A DNA stretch of 64,000 bases from Eledone cirrhosa (GCA_964016885.1 CAXHJY010000112.1:42420-106419), one strand, 5' to 3'; shown: positions 39,813-52,760, counted from the first letter of the stretch. Translations and numbers: made by a program. The notes: generated by a model from the sequence alone, not told the origin.

Positions 39813-39950
39813 TCATCATTTTACGTTTCCTTTTCCATGCTTGCATGGGTTAGTAAGGTCTTTTTCATCACAGCATCCTTCCACTCATTGTAATCCTTTT
39901 CATCTCTTCTGTGAGCTTTAGTAATTTGAGATCAGCTCTCACCACCTCCA
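39813..39950 (-). mobile_element. RTE-B-like 3' end, old
   Basis: Reverse strand resembles EVVRADL..L.LT.EM...EW..AV..KT plus the tail of 22140-22281. Confidence 0.65.
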
Positions 39951-40295
39951 CTCAGGTTGACCCTGTAACTGTCAATTTCAACAGCTGGTCCGTTGGGTCA
40001 ACAAGAAGTTATCTCTTTTCTTCTCACTCATTTTCCACATTCATCACCCTGAATAGCACCAAAACATCTTGAACACACTTTTCCCCACAACATCCTGATT
40101 TACACTGATACACTGCTTTGTAATGTGAAACATCTCACATATTTGTTCCCCACATCACAGGACATTGGCAAACCTTCTTTCAACCTCTTTGCATTCTATG
40201 TATAACTGTTGTCTGGCTTCCCTTTTAGCTACCTGCTACTGAATTCATTGCCCCCATTTTTCCAGTGTTTTGGGGGCTTTAATGGCTATTATTAT

Positions 40296-40475
40296 TAGAG
40301 CGTCGGACACAATGCTTTGCAGCCCTTTACGTTCTGAGTTCAAATCCTGCCGAGGTTAGCCTTGCCTTTCATAAAATAAAGTACCAGTAATACACTAGGG
40401 TCGATTTAATCAACTTTCCCCCTCCCCTAAAATTGTTGGCCTTGTGCCTAAATCAGAAACCATCATTATTATTAT
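40296..40475 (+). mobile_element. SINE S1 with internal deletions
   Basis: gagttcaaatcctgccgaggttagccttgcctttc...ggccttgtgcctaaa and an (att)n tail. Confidence 0.75.
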
Positions 40476-41101
40476 TAAAGTTATATATTATTTTTAAACT
40501 ATGTAGATTGGGCCAGTACAATATGGAAGACGTCAAAATGAAACATTTTCAATACAATGTGAATCAATCCCAAATAACTTAACACATGCTAGCGTGGAAG
40601 ATAGAAGTTAAACGATAATGATGATGATGATGTTGCCAATAAATATTACCACTGATAGGTATACAACATTAGCAAACATATTGCTATTATTCATCATCCA
40701 TTGTGCAGACTCAAGAAAAAGATTCAATGTAAACAAGGTCCAAATGAGAAACTGCCTGTTGTTATTGATGGCCCATCACGAAAAAGACATTAAGTTTCAG
40801 TGAATGAATGATTAGAGAACATTGTAACTGAATATCATGCTGTTAATGATTCAATAATTAATTATCTGGGATTTGTAGCACATAGCTCATAAAACTGGTG
40901 CAGATAGACATCTGTAAAGTTTTGTTACTTTATTTTCAAATAAAATTTTTTTATGGAATTTTTATTTTATATTAAAAGTTATCTTATGTTTAAAATTATC
41001 CTAGAAAATCATATACTTACAGAATTATTTTTAAAAAGATTTTTTAATAAAAAGTTGTTCAATAAAAAGTTGCGCTACTATATATACATACATATACATA
41101 C

Positions 41102-41320
41102 AGGCACGTTGCTGAGTGGTTAGAGAATTGGATTTGCAATCGTCAGGTTATGCATATAATCTCGGACCAGGCGATGCGTTTTGTCCATGTGCAAGACACT
41201 TTATTTCATGGTGCTCCTTCTACATAGAGTTGCAACTGTTAGATAGTATTAGCAATTGGAAAGATCAATGGAAACATTGTTTCCTCGGTCCGATTTGACG
41301 AAAGTCGATCGACTGTCGAT
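41102..41320 (+). mobile_element. SINE S3
   Basis: tRNA-like head (gctgagtggttagag) and homology to 23650-23850. Tail runs into (TACA)n. Confidence 0.8.
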
Positions 41321-41375
41321 ACATACATATACATACATACACACATACATATACATACATACATATACATATATA

Positions 41376-42201
41376 CATCATCATCATCAACATCATCGTT
41401 TAACGTCCATCTTCCACGCTTGCATGGGTTTGGACGGGAGTTTTCCCACTTGAGGCAAGATTGGTTGTCTTGCACGCATAGGACTATCTGGCGGGTTTCT
41501 ATGGCTGGATGCCCTTCCTAACACCAACCACGTTTATAGTGTGGACTGGGAGGTTTTTACCGTGTTACCTACACGGCCACATTACAGCGTGGACTGTGTT
41601 TTTTATCGTGACACCTACACGACCTCATTTGTTTTGGACTGGATGTTGTGGTACCAACATAACTTTACATTGAAAGGGGTGGTGGGATGGGGTGGGGCTA
41701 GTGGGACAGGGTGTATTTTTGTTAGAGGTGCCTACTGACTGTAGGTTTCGCTTTGTACTTAGGCAAGGCGGGTCTTCTGTATTACTGTGTAGCGCCAAAG
41801 ATCTCAGTCCAGTGACATTGCCTTGGAGAGGTGTAAGTGTGTGAGGTCGGAATTTATCAAGTCGCCCCAGGTTTTTCCGGGTCTGCCTACTCCGAGGCTA
41901 CCGTCTATTTTTATCGCCCTGCACTTTTTTATACAGCTATCGTCTTTCATGCGCATCATGTGACCGTACCAACGTAGCCTTCTCTCGAGTAAACAACATC
42001 TGATCCCTCTTATTCCTAATTTCTCCCCTAGTTCGTTTATGCTTTGCCGTGCACGTATATTACTATTACACATCCAGCGGAGCATGCAAGCTTCGTTCCT
42101 CTCTAGTCTGCGTATATCATCTGCACACAATGCCCAGGTCTCACTGCCATGTAACATTGCTGTTTGTATGCAGGCATCATACAGCCTGCCTTTCATTTTT
42201 A
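41376..42201 (-). mobile_element. 5'-truncated RTE family A copy
   Basis: Reverse strand reads [21 protein letters not shown]...GRPGKTW (premature stop at ~41804), then the UTR and (GAT)n tail. Confidence 0.95.
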
Positions 42202-42555
42202 TATACATACATAAATATATATATACATATACATACACATAAATACATATATATACATACATACATACATACACATACATATACATACATACATACATAT
42301 ACATTACATGCACACATACATACATATACATACATATATATATATACATACATATACATATATATACATACAGACATATACATACATACATACATATACA
42401 TACATACATACACACACATACATACACACATACATACACATACATATACATACATATATATATACATATATATATACATACATATATATATACATACATA
42501 TATATATACATACATATATATATACATACATATATATATATACATACATATATAT

Positions 42556-42588
<33 letters not shown>

Positions 42589-42674
42589 TACATACATATA
42601 TATATACATACATATATATATACATACATACATATATACATACATACATATATACATACATATATATATATACA

Positions 42675-44052
42675 CTATTTAATTTTGGTTTTAATTCTTT
42701 TATGCTTACTGCCTCTGTAATTTGCCTAAACATTGCGTCTTTTCTGTGTGTGGATTCTATTTTTATTTCTATGCTCTCTAATCTACCCCTGTGTTCTATC
42801 TTAGCATGTTGGTAGAGCACAGATGATTCTTTATTATCTTGGAGGTCTCGCCAGTGTTCATTTATTCGTTCCCCTATTCTACGAGCTGTCTCACCTATGT
42901 ACACTATATTTTTGTTTCTACATTGTCCTTCAGTACATCTTATGCTATACACTACATTTCTAGTTTTACAGTTAATATGGGGGCTTATTTTACAGGTTAT
43001 ACATTTCTTATCTATACATGAGGGTCTTTGGAACGGGTATGTCTTGCTAATAAGTGTTTTTACGGAGGTACCTGGTCTTTCTACTATCTTAATATTGAGA
43101 TTATGTTTATTTAGGGCCCTTCTAAATTTGTAGGCTAGTTCGCCTCTAGGGGTTGTATTGATGAACATTACACTCTGGTATTTATTGCTATCATACCATG
43201 AGTTTATTCTATTGGCCTTGTTCCTAGTTCTTTCTATTCTATTCCAAAATTTGCTCCTATACAAGGGGCAGGTCCCATTTATGTCATTATTTATCATTTT
43301 TTCCCATTTGGTTCTGGCTCCTTTATACCCTCTGATTCTATCTCTCTGATTGTAGCCAGAGAACTGCATATGGTGGATGAAGTGTTGTATGTGTCTCTCT
43401 AGTTCTTCAGAGAGCATAGAAATAAAAATAGAATCCACACACAGAAAAGACGCAATGTTTAGGCAAATTACAGAGGCAGTAAACATAAAAGAATTAAAAC
43501 CAAAATTAAATAGAAAATATGAGTGGAACAGCAGCATACAACTTACAATTAAGGACAAAATGAAAACACACACAGGACAAAATGAAAACACACACACACA
43601 TAGAACAAACAACTTACAATTAAGGACAAAATGAAAACACACACAGGACAAAATGAAAACACACACACACATAGAACAAACAACCAACCAACAATAAATA
43701 AATAAATAAATAAACAAATAGCTAAATGAACACAAACACACACAGACACCCGGATGTGGCGCATGCGCAAACTGAGCACACAACACACACACAGAAACAA
43801 AATGGCGTAGGATAGAAGAAAGGAAAGGCACAGAAACAAAGAAAGGAATCCCCAGTCACTGAAGAGGTCACAGAGTGTGTGACGAAAGGACTATGACTAT
43901 ATATAAACAACTATCTGGTTGTGGACCCAACCAACCAACCAGAAATTTATAAGTTTGTAGATTTCTAAATTTATAAATATATAAAAAATTGAAGTGAAAG
44001 CAACTGGTGCGTGTGTTTCTTATTGGCAACATGACCCTCCCAAAGTATAACA
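42675..44052 (+). mobile_element. Penelope-like element (Cys-rich linker + GIY-YIG; Neptune/Nematis-like, clade uncertain), 5'-truncated with an inverted 5' segment
   Basis: Minus 42675-43410 encodes C..C..C...C, NVVYSIRC...C...YIGETARR...R..EH...H...H...ITEA..I...KPKLN. Plus 43409-44052 carries the ORF end, UTR and hammerhead. 105 bp are duplicated in inverted orientation. Confidence 0.9.
43854..43898 (+). ncRNA. Minimal type I hammerhead ribozyme in PLE 3' UTR, intact core
   Basis: agtca CTGAAGA g gtcac agagtgt gtgac GAAA ggac TA tgact. Confidence 0.85.
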
Positions 44053-44343
44053 ATATATATATATAGATATGTATATATATAGATATCTATATATATAGAT
44101 ATCTATATATATAGATATCTATATATATAGATATATATATAGATATCTATATATATATAGATATACATATATATATAGATATATATATATAGATATCTAT
44201 ATATATATATAGATATCTATATATATATATATATATAGATATACATATATATATAGATATACATATATATATAGATATACATATATATATAGATATACAT
44301 ATACATATAGATATACATATACATATAGATATACATATACATA

Positions 44344-44375
<32 letters not shown>

Positions 44376-44400
44376 CATATATATATATACATATATATAG

Positions 44401-46340
44401 TATTAGTTATACTATTTATGGTTATGTAAACACAAAACCTTAAGCAGTTGTAAGTATTTTACACACACCCTAAATAGTGGTAGGCAGTAATGTATTACTA
44501 CCTTATTACCAGTAAGTTAAGTAGCTCAATGTAAAAACATCAGATGATTTACAGAGCAGTTATATGAAATATAAGAATCAAAGAACTGTTCAAAACATTA
44601 TTGTGCTTACAGCTGTTTCCTCCAAACCGAGGTTTGGATTCTTCGGAGCAATTTATTAATGCATGGACAGTTATATGACCTCCTTTTCAGCCGAGAGACA
44701 TACCAATACATATTCAAACATTGATACATATTCAAACATTGTGGGTCAACATTCATTACAAAATTTAGAGTGGCAGTACACACTTCGAGATTACATTTAT
44801 ATTAATAGGTACAATCAAAAATCAAAGATATAGGTTAAAGTACAACATGAAGATAAGTGGTTATATAGTGCAAATGCTATATGTGTGGCACGCATGTGCG
44901 TCTTGTTTATATAGTGTGGCAGAGAGATATGTGTGGTAGAGGCACTTAGGTAGGTAAATAAGAGTGTTAGGTTGGTAGATCTGGTGGCAAAGTCTTTATA
45001 TGATTGATGTAGTCTGTGTGTGGAGAAATATTATAAACATTAAAGATAGTGCAAGCATTAAAAGTGTTATAAGTATTGGAGATGCACAACGCAGGGATGT
45101 CACGTAATTCATGTACTTCGGCATTTTCATGGTCAAGGGAGTGTATATTTCGATTATATGCCTTTCACATAATCCACGACAATCCAGTTAGAGATCGTAG
45201 TCTGGTGTTCCTTAGTTCGATACAGGAGGTTGTTACGTTTCGAGAGACGCCATTGAATACCGGAAGTGTGTGTGTGGCTAAGGGGAGTTAATGCATGCGG
45301 GGAGGTAACTCTGGGGTTTCTATATCTAGCCATTAAAATGTGTCCCAATATGGACCCTAAATTCTATGGTGAGGTGCACCTTCCAAGAGAGACTTTTAAA
45401 GCATAAAGTGTACTAACTATAGAGTAGTTTAACTAAATTATGCTGAAGGAGATCATATTATTATTAAGGTGGATTAACCCATCTTAAGGTGCTACAAATG
45501 GAAATTATAGATGATGAGCGAGGATTCTAAATTAATGATCTCTGTGGTTGTAGTCTGCTCATATGACCAGGCGCGGTGATTGCAGGATTGCTTCAGGACC
45601 CAATGATCTCTGGTAAGATCTGGGTCATCGCTTGCTACATTGGATGTCGAAAGATAATCGTCCCCAGGCAGGCCAAAGGTCAATCCGCAGTCCTCGCGAC
45701 CCCTCTCTGACCGTCAGATCATCCATATACGTACAACCCGCACGGCAGTTGCATTGCATTCACTCACTGCGCTCAGCAGCCCGGTCCTACTGGTCAACAG
45801 CGCTACTCGATTAAATCATTTTACATCTGTCTAAGGAAGGTGTTTCCTCTGCCCAACACCATCCAACCGATCGATTCATGCTCAAATTACCCTTAGAGCG
45901 GTGTAGTGCCGTCCAGGTGGGTGGATGTTGTCACACCTGCCGCAGAGGTATAAATGGGTATTTTCCCTGCGAAGGGTTCCAGAGGGATGTCGTTGTTTGT
46001 GTTATAATGGATCAGCTAGTGTTGGGTATGTAGTATAGGGTGTGTCTCTGGTGTTTGATGCTAGATGTGGTGTTAGGTTCCAGTCCGACATTGCTATATA
46101 TAGGGCTTAAAGTTTTGGAAGGAATGTCTGAGGCGGTGCTGGCAAGTTGCAAACACCTCAGATTTTTTGTTAAGTAGGTTACGGTTGGAGAAGATAATAT
46201 TGTGTGTCTCTAGTATACAGAGGTTACAGAATTTATTAGGTGGTTTGTACGAGGTCGCGCTGCCTATCACTTCCCATTTGAGTGTGTATGGTTTATTTTT
46301 AGATTTATTTTTATATTTCATATATTTCATATATTTCATA
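44401..46340 (-). mobile_element. Naiad-like PLE 3' end: GIY-YIG C-terminus (46094-~46318) plus ~1.7-kb 3' UTR
   Basis: [14 protein letters not shown]...FCNLCILE...LLNKKSE...CQH is homologous to the C-terminus of the ORF at 55702-57072. A hammerhead lies near the 3' terminus. Confidence 0.8.
44604..44650 (-). ncRNA. Minimal type I hammerhead, CCGAAGA variant
   Basis: Minus strand: tgct CCGAAGA a tccaaac ctcg gtttgga g GAAA cagctg TA agca. Confidence 0.8.
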
Positions 46341-46425
46341 CATATATATATATACATATATATATATACATATATATATATACATATATATATATACATA
46401 TATATATATACATATATATATATAC

Positions 46426-46490
<65 letters not shown>

Positions 46491-46537
46491 TATATACATA
46501 TATATATATACATATATATATACATATATATATATAC

Positions 46538-46600
<63 letters not shown>

Positions 46601-46645
46601 CATATATATATATACATATATATACATATATATACATATATATAC

Positions 46646-46676
<31 letters not shown>

Positions 46677-46705
46677 CATATATATATATACATATATATA
46701 TATAC

Positions 46706-46736
<31 letters not shown>

Positions 46737-47014
46737 CATATATATATATACATATATATATATACATACATATATATATATACATATATATATATACATA
46801 TATATATATACATATATATATGTATATATATATATATACATATATATATATACATATATATATATACATATATATATATACATCAGTGTCTCGTAGAATC
46901 TGTCTTTTATAGCGCCGGGCAGTCCGGATTGGGGTGCGTACGCAGATATAACCTGCTGACGGTAAGGATATAATCTACCTGGTAAGGATATAATCTACCT
47001 GGTAAGGATATAAT

Positions 47015-47358
47015 CTTCTGGTAAGGATATAATCTACCTGGCTTGTGTGTTCCCCCAATCTATAGGTGATCAAGTGATTGTCTCGTTTTTTGAAGTTAGT
47101 GTTACAGATAGTTAAGTTATTTGCGTCGCAGAATTCCAGGATTCTGGAGCCTTCCTCATTTCTAGTACCGAACCCATAGCCTCCATGGATTCCGTCATAG
47201 CCGTCACAATGTTGTCCAACGTGACCATTTAGGTCGCCTGCAATAACTATATAGTCACTGTCGGTTATTTGGGAGGTAGCGAGCATCAGTGTCTCGTAGA
47301 ATCTGTCTTTTATAGCGCCGGGCAGTCCGGATTGGGGTGCGTACGCAGATATAACCTG
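47015..47358 (-). pseudogene. Inverted apurinic-like endonuclease (APE) fragment of the RTE
   Basis: VISAYAPQ...IVIAGDLNGHVG...GFGTRNEEGSRILEFC...NTNFKK...TY...SQVDYIL are canonical RTE APE motifs. Confidence 0.93.
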
Positions 47359-49479
47359 CTGACGGCGGCAGACGAAGTCTGTGGCTGGAGCAGGCCTGTA
47401 GGTAGGAGGAGAGTAACATGGTGGTGGAACAGTAAGGTGGAGGAGCCAATTAAGGCCAAAAAGCAGGCTTGGAAAGTATGGCGGGATGGGGGAAGTAAAG
47501 AAGACTATCAAGTGGCCAGGAGGGAAGCTAGGAGACAAGTGTACTTCGCAAGAAGGGAAGCAGAGGAAAGAAAGTTCAAGCATGTTCTACAACGTGAGGA
47601 CCAAAAACGTGAGGTGTTCAGGATTGCCAGGCAATGTGTCAAGGAAAACCGTGATATTGTCGGGGAGAAGTGTGTACTTAACGATGATGGCATACTTGCC
47701 ATCACCGACGCTGATAAGAAGGTAGCTTGGAAGTGTCACTACGAAAGGCTTCTAAATGAGGAGAACAAATGGGAGAAAGACAGTCTCCCCCAGATCGATC
47801 CAATAGAGGGACCAGCAGTGTTAGTTGAAGGTAGTATAATAAGTAAGGCAATCAAAGATATGAAGACGGGTAAGGCGGCTGGGCCTTCGGAAATAGTTGC
47901 TGAGATGCTGAAGGTATCTGGTTCGGTGGGACACACCATGGTCACCCGGATAGTTAACCAAGTCGTACAGAATGGGGTTGTTCCGAAGGAATGGCGTAGC
48001 AGCATCATCGTTAACTGCTATAAGGGAAAAGGAGATGCCCTAGATAGGAGTAACTATAGAGGCATTAAATTAATCGACCAGGTCATGAAGGTCACGAAAA
48101 AAGTAATAGCGCAACTAATCAGAGAGAGAATTGATCTAGATGAAATGCAGTTCGGGTTTGTGTCAGGCAAAAGTACCACAGACGCTCTTTTCATTGTACG
48201 ACAACTACAGGAGAAGTACCTAGCTAAAAGTAAACCCCTATACTTAGCTTTCGTCGACTTGGAGAAAGCCTTCGACAGAGTCCCCCGTTCCATTATCTGG
48301 TGGTCTCTTAGAAAACTAGGTGTTGACGAATGGCTTGTGAGAGCTATACAAGCCATGTATAAAGAAACAGTCAGTAAGGTTAGAATTAACAACGAATATA
48401 GTGAAGAGTTTAGCGTAAAAGTTGGTGTCCATCAGGGCTCTGTTCTTAGCCCCCTACTATTTATTATTGCCCCTCAGGCTATAACAGAGGAGTTCAAGAC
48501 CGGCTGCCCATGGGAACTCCTATACGCAGATGATCTAATGCTCATAGCTGAATCAATGACCGAACTAGAGAAGAAATTCCAAACATGGAAGCACGGCCTA
48601 GAATCAAAAGGCCTTAAAATTAACCTGGCTAAGACTAAAGTTCTAGTTTGTAGGAAAGAAAATAAGGCAGCGGTCCCATCTGGGAAATGGCCATGCTCAG
48701 TGTGTAGGAAAGGCGTAGGTAGAAACTCCATTTTATGTCCCAAATGCAAAGTATGGGTGCATAAAAGATGTAGTGGGATCACAGGTAAGCTAACTAAGAA
48801 CATAGATTTTACATGTGGCCGGTGCTCTGGTGCAATAAGTAGCAGCAAGTGCCCACAAAATACTAGCTCCTTCAACTGCGCAGAGGGTTCTATAGAAATA
48901 GTGGACAGCTTCCGTTATCTGGGTGACAAAATCAGCATTGGGGGAGGGTGCTCTGAAAGTACAGTAGCTAGAGTCAGAACTGGATGGAAAAAGTTCAGAG
49001 AGCTTATACCACTATTAGCCGCTAGAGGGTTCTCCCTAAAAATGAAAGGCAGGTTATACGATGCCTGCATACGAACAGCAATGCTGCATGGCAGTGAGAC
49101 CTGGGCATTGTGTGCAGAGGATATACGCAGACTAGAGAGGAATGAAGCTTGCATGCTCCGCTGGATGTGCAATAGTAATATACGTGAACGGCAATGCATA
49201 AACGAACTAAGGAAAAAATTAGAAATAAGAGGGATCAGATGTTGTTTACTCGAGAGAAGGCTACGTTGGTACGGTCACGTGATGCGCATGAAAGACGACA
49301 GCTGTATAACAAAGTGCAGGGCAATAAAGATAGACGGTAGCCACGGAGTAGGCAGACCCAGAAAAACATGGGACGAGCTGATAAATTCCGACCTCACACG
49401 CTTACACCTCTCCAAGAGAATGTCACTGGACCGAGACCTTTGGCGGTACTCAGTAATAGAGAAGACCCGCCTTACCTAA
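47353..49479 (+). CDS. RTE ORF2, uninterrupted but N-truncated: linker, reverse transcriptase, PHD-like finger and C-terminal region
   Basis: Motifs WWWN, GKAAG, YKGKGD...NYRGIKL, QFGF...STTDA, FVDLEKAFDRVP, GVHQGSVLSPLLF, LYADD, FRYLG and RRLRWYGHV. No stops over ~708 codons. Confidence 0.93.
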   Translation, partial: NLLTAADEVCGWSRPVGRRRVTWWWNSKVEEPIKAKKQAWKVWRDGGSKEDYQVARREARRQVYFARREAEERKFKHVLQREDQKREVFRIARQCVKENRDIVGEKCVLNDDGILAITDADKKVAWKCHYERLLNEENKWEKDSLPQIDPIEGPAVLVEGSIISKAIKDMKTGKAAGPSEIVAEMLKVSGSVGHTMVTRIVNQVVQNGVVPKEWRSSIIVNCYKGKGDALDRSNYRGIKLIDQVMKVTKKVIAQLIRERIDLDEMQFGFVSGKSTTDALFIVRQLQEKYLAKSKPLYLAFVDLEKAFDRVPRSIIWWSLRKLGVDEWLVRAIQAMYKETVSKVRINNEYSEEFSVKVGVHQGSVLSPLLFIIAPQAITEEFKTGCPWELLYADDLMLIAESMTELEKKFQTWKHGLESKGLKINLAKTKVLVCRKENKAAVPSGKWPCSVCRKGVGRNSILCPKCKVWVHKRCSGITGKLTKNIDFTCGRCSGAISSSKCPQNTSSFNCAEGSIEIVDSFRYLGDKISIGGGCSESTVARVRTGWKKFRELIPLLAARGFSLKMKGRLYDACIRTAMLHGSETWALCAEDIRRLERNEACMLRWMCNSNIRERQCINELRKKLEIRGIRCCLLERRLRWYGHVMRMKDDSCITKCRAIKIDGSHGVGRPRKTWDELINSDLTRLHLSKRMSLDRDLWRYSVIEKTRLT

Positions 49480-50380
49480 ATACAAAGTAAAAACCTACTA
49501 CAGTCAGTAGGCATCTCTATCAAAACACACCCCCGTCCCACCACCTCCACCCCACCCACACCGCCTCATTCAATGTAAAGTTATGTTGGTCCCACAACAT
49601 CCAGGCCGAAACAAATGAGATCGTGTAGGTGTCACGACAAAAAACACACAGTCCACGCTGTAAATGTGGCCGTGTAGGCAACACGGTAAAAACCTCCCAG
49701 CGCCACACTGTAAATGTGTTTGGTGTTAGGAAGGGCATCCAGCTGTAGAAAACCCGCCAGACAGTCCACGCTGTAATGTGGCCGAGTAGGCAACACGGTA
49801 AAAACCTCCCAGCCCCACACTGTAAATGTGGTTCGTGTTAGGAAGGGCATCCAACTGTAGAAAACCCGCCAGACAGTCCTATGCGAGCAAGACAACCACT
49901 CTTGCCTCAAGTGGGAAAACCCCGTCCAAACCCATGCAAGCGTGGAACACGGACGCTAAACCTGATGATGATATACATATATATATATATACATATATAC
50001 ATATATATACATATATATACATATATATACATATATATACATATATATACATATACATATATATATATATACATATATATACATATATATACATATATAT
50101 ACATATATATACATATACATATATATATATATACATATATATACATATATACATATATATATATATACATACATATACATATATATATATATACATATAT
50201 ATACATATATACATATATATATATATACATACATATATATATACATACATATATATACATATATATACATATATATACATATATATATATACATATATAT
50301 ACATATATATACATATATACACATATATATACATATATACACATATATATACATATATACACATATATATACATATATAC

Positions 50381-50411
<31 letters not shown>

Positions 50412-50584
50412 CATATATATACATATACATATATATACATATATATATATATACATATATATATATACATATATATATACATATATACATATATATACAT
50501 ATATATATATATACATATATATATATACATATATATATACATATATACATATATACATATATATATACATATATACATATATAC

Positions 50585-50615
<31 letters not shown>

Positions 50616-50624
50616 CATATATAC

Positions 50625-50667
<43 letters not shown>

Positions 50668-50680
50668 TATACATATATAC

Positions 50681-50723
<43 letters not shown>

Positions 50724-50746
50724 TATACATATATACATATATATAC

Positions 50747-50781
<35 letters not shown>

Positions 50782-51067
50782 CATATATATACATATATAT
50801 ACATATATATACATATATATACATATATATACATATATACATATATATACATATATATACATATATACATACATATATACATACATATATATACATATAT
50901 ACATACATATATATACATATATACATACATATATATACATATATACATACATATATATACATATATACATACATATATATACATATATATACATATATAC
51001 ATACATATATATATATACATATATACATACATATATATATATGTATATATATATATATATGTATATA

Positions 51068-51135
<68 letters not shown>

Positions 51136-51221
51136 TATATGTATATGTATATGTATATATGTATATATATATATATGTATATGTATATATGTATATATAT
51201 ATATATGTATATATATATATG

Positions 51222-51266
<45 letters not shown>

Positions 51267-51337
51267 GTATATATATATATGTATATATATATATGTATAT
51301 ATATATATGTATATATATATATGTATATATATATATG

Positions 51338-51382
<45 letters not shown>

Positions 51383-51430
51383 GTATATATATATGTATAT
51401 ATACATATATATATATACATATATATATAC

Positions 51431-51475
<45 letters not shown>

Positions 51476-51536
51476 CATATATATATACATATATATATAC
51501 ATATATATACATATATATATATACATATATATATAC

Positions 51537-51581
<45 letters not shown>

Positions 51582-51582
51582 C

Positions 51583-51627
<45 letters not shown>

Positions 51628-51713
51628 CATATATATATATACATATATATATATATACATATATACATATACATATATATATATATACATATATACATAT
51701 ACATATACATATA

Positions 51714-51781
<68 letters not shown>

Positions 51782-51836
51782 TATATACATATATATATAT
51801 ATATACATATATATATACATATATATATATATATAC

Positions 51837-51867
<31 letters not shown>

Positions 51868-51928
51868 CATATATATATACATATATATATATATATACAT
51901 ATATATATACATATATATATATATATAC

Positions 51929-51959
<31 letters not shown>

Positions 51960-51960
51960 C

Positions 51961-52009
<49 letters not shown>

Positions 52010-52435
52010 TATATACATATATATATATACATATATATATACATATATATATACATATATATATATACATATATATATACATATATATATACATATATAT
52101 ATATACATATATATATACATATATATATACATATATATATACATATATATATATACATATATATATATACATATATATATACATATATATATACATATTT
52201 ATATACATATATACATACATATATACATACATATATATATACATATATACATACATATATATACATATACATATATATATACATATATACATACATATAT
52301 ATATACATATATACATACACATATATATATACATATATATATACATATTTACATACATATATATATGCATACATACATATATACATACATATATACATAC
52401 ATACATATATACATACATACATACATATATATATG

Positions 52436-52469
<34 letters not shown>

Positions 52470-52470
52470 C

Positions 52471-52507
<37 letters not shown>

Positions 52508-52760
52508 CATACATACATATATATATACATACATATATATATACATACATACATATATATATACATACATATATATATACATACATATATATATACATAC
52601 ATATATATATACATACAGATATATATACATACAGATATATATACATACATATATATATACATACATATATATATACATACATATATACATACATACATAT
52701 ATATATATACATACATACATACATACATATATATATATACATACATATATATATACATAC

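Larger units (their letters stand above)
46881..49972 (+). mobile_element. Young RTE LINE (family A) with inverted, rearranged 5' end
   Basis: Plus-strand RT ORF 47353-49479, minus-strand APE fragment 47015-47358, 3' UTR with duplication, (GAT)n tail and (TA)n flanks. Confidence 0.95.

Noticed and set aside
41804-43831. 675-aa minus-strand ORF apparently fusing GIY-YIG to an RTE C-terminus
   Set aside because: Chance read-through of antisense UTR, the inverted PLE segment, a stop-free microsatellite and a separate RTE insertion.
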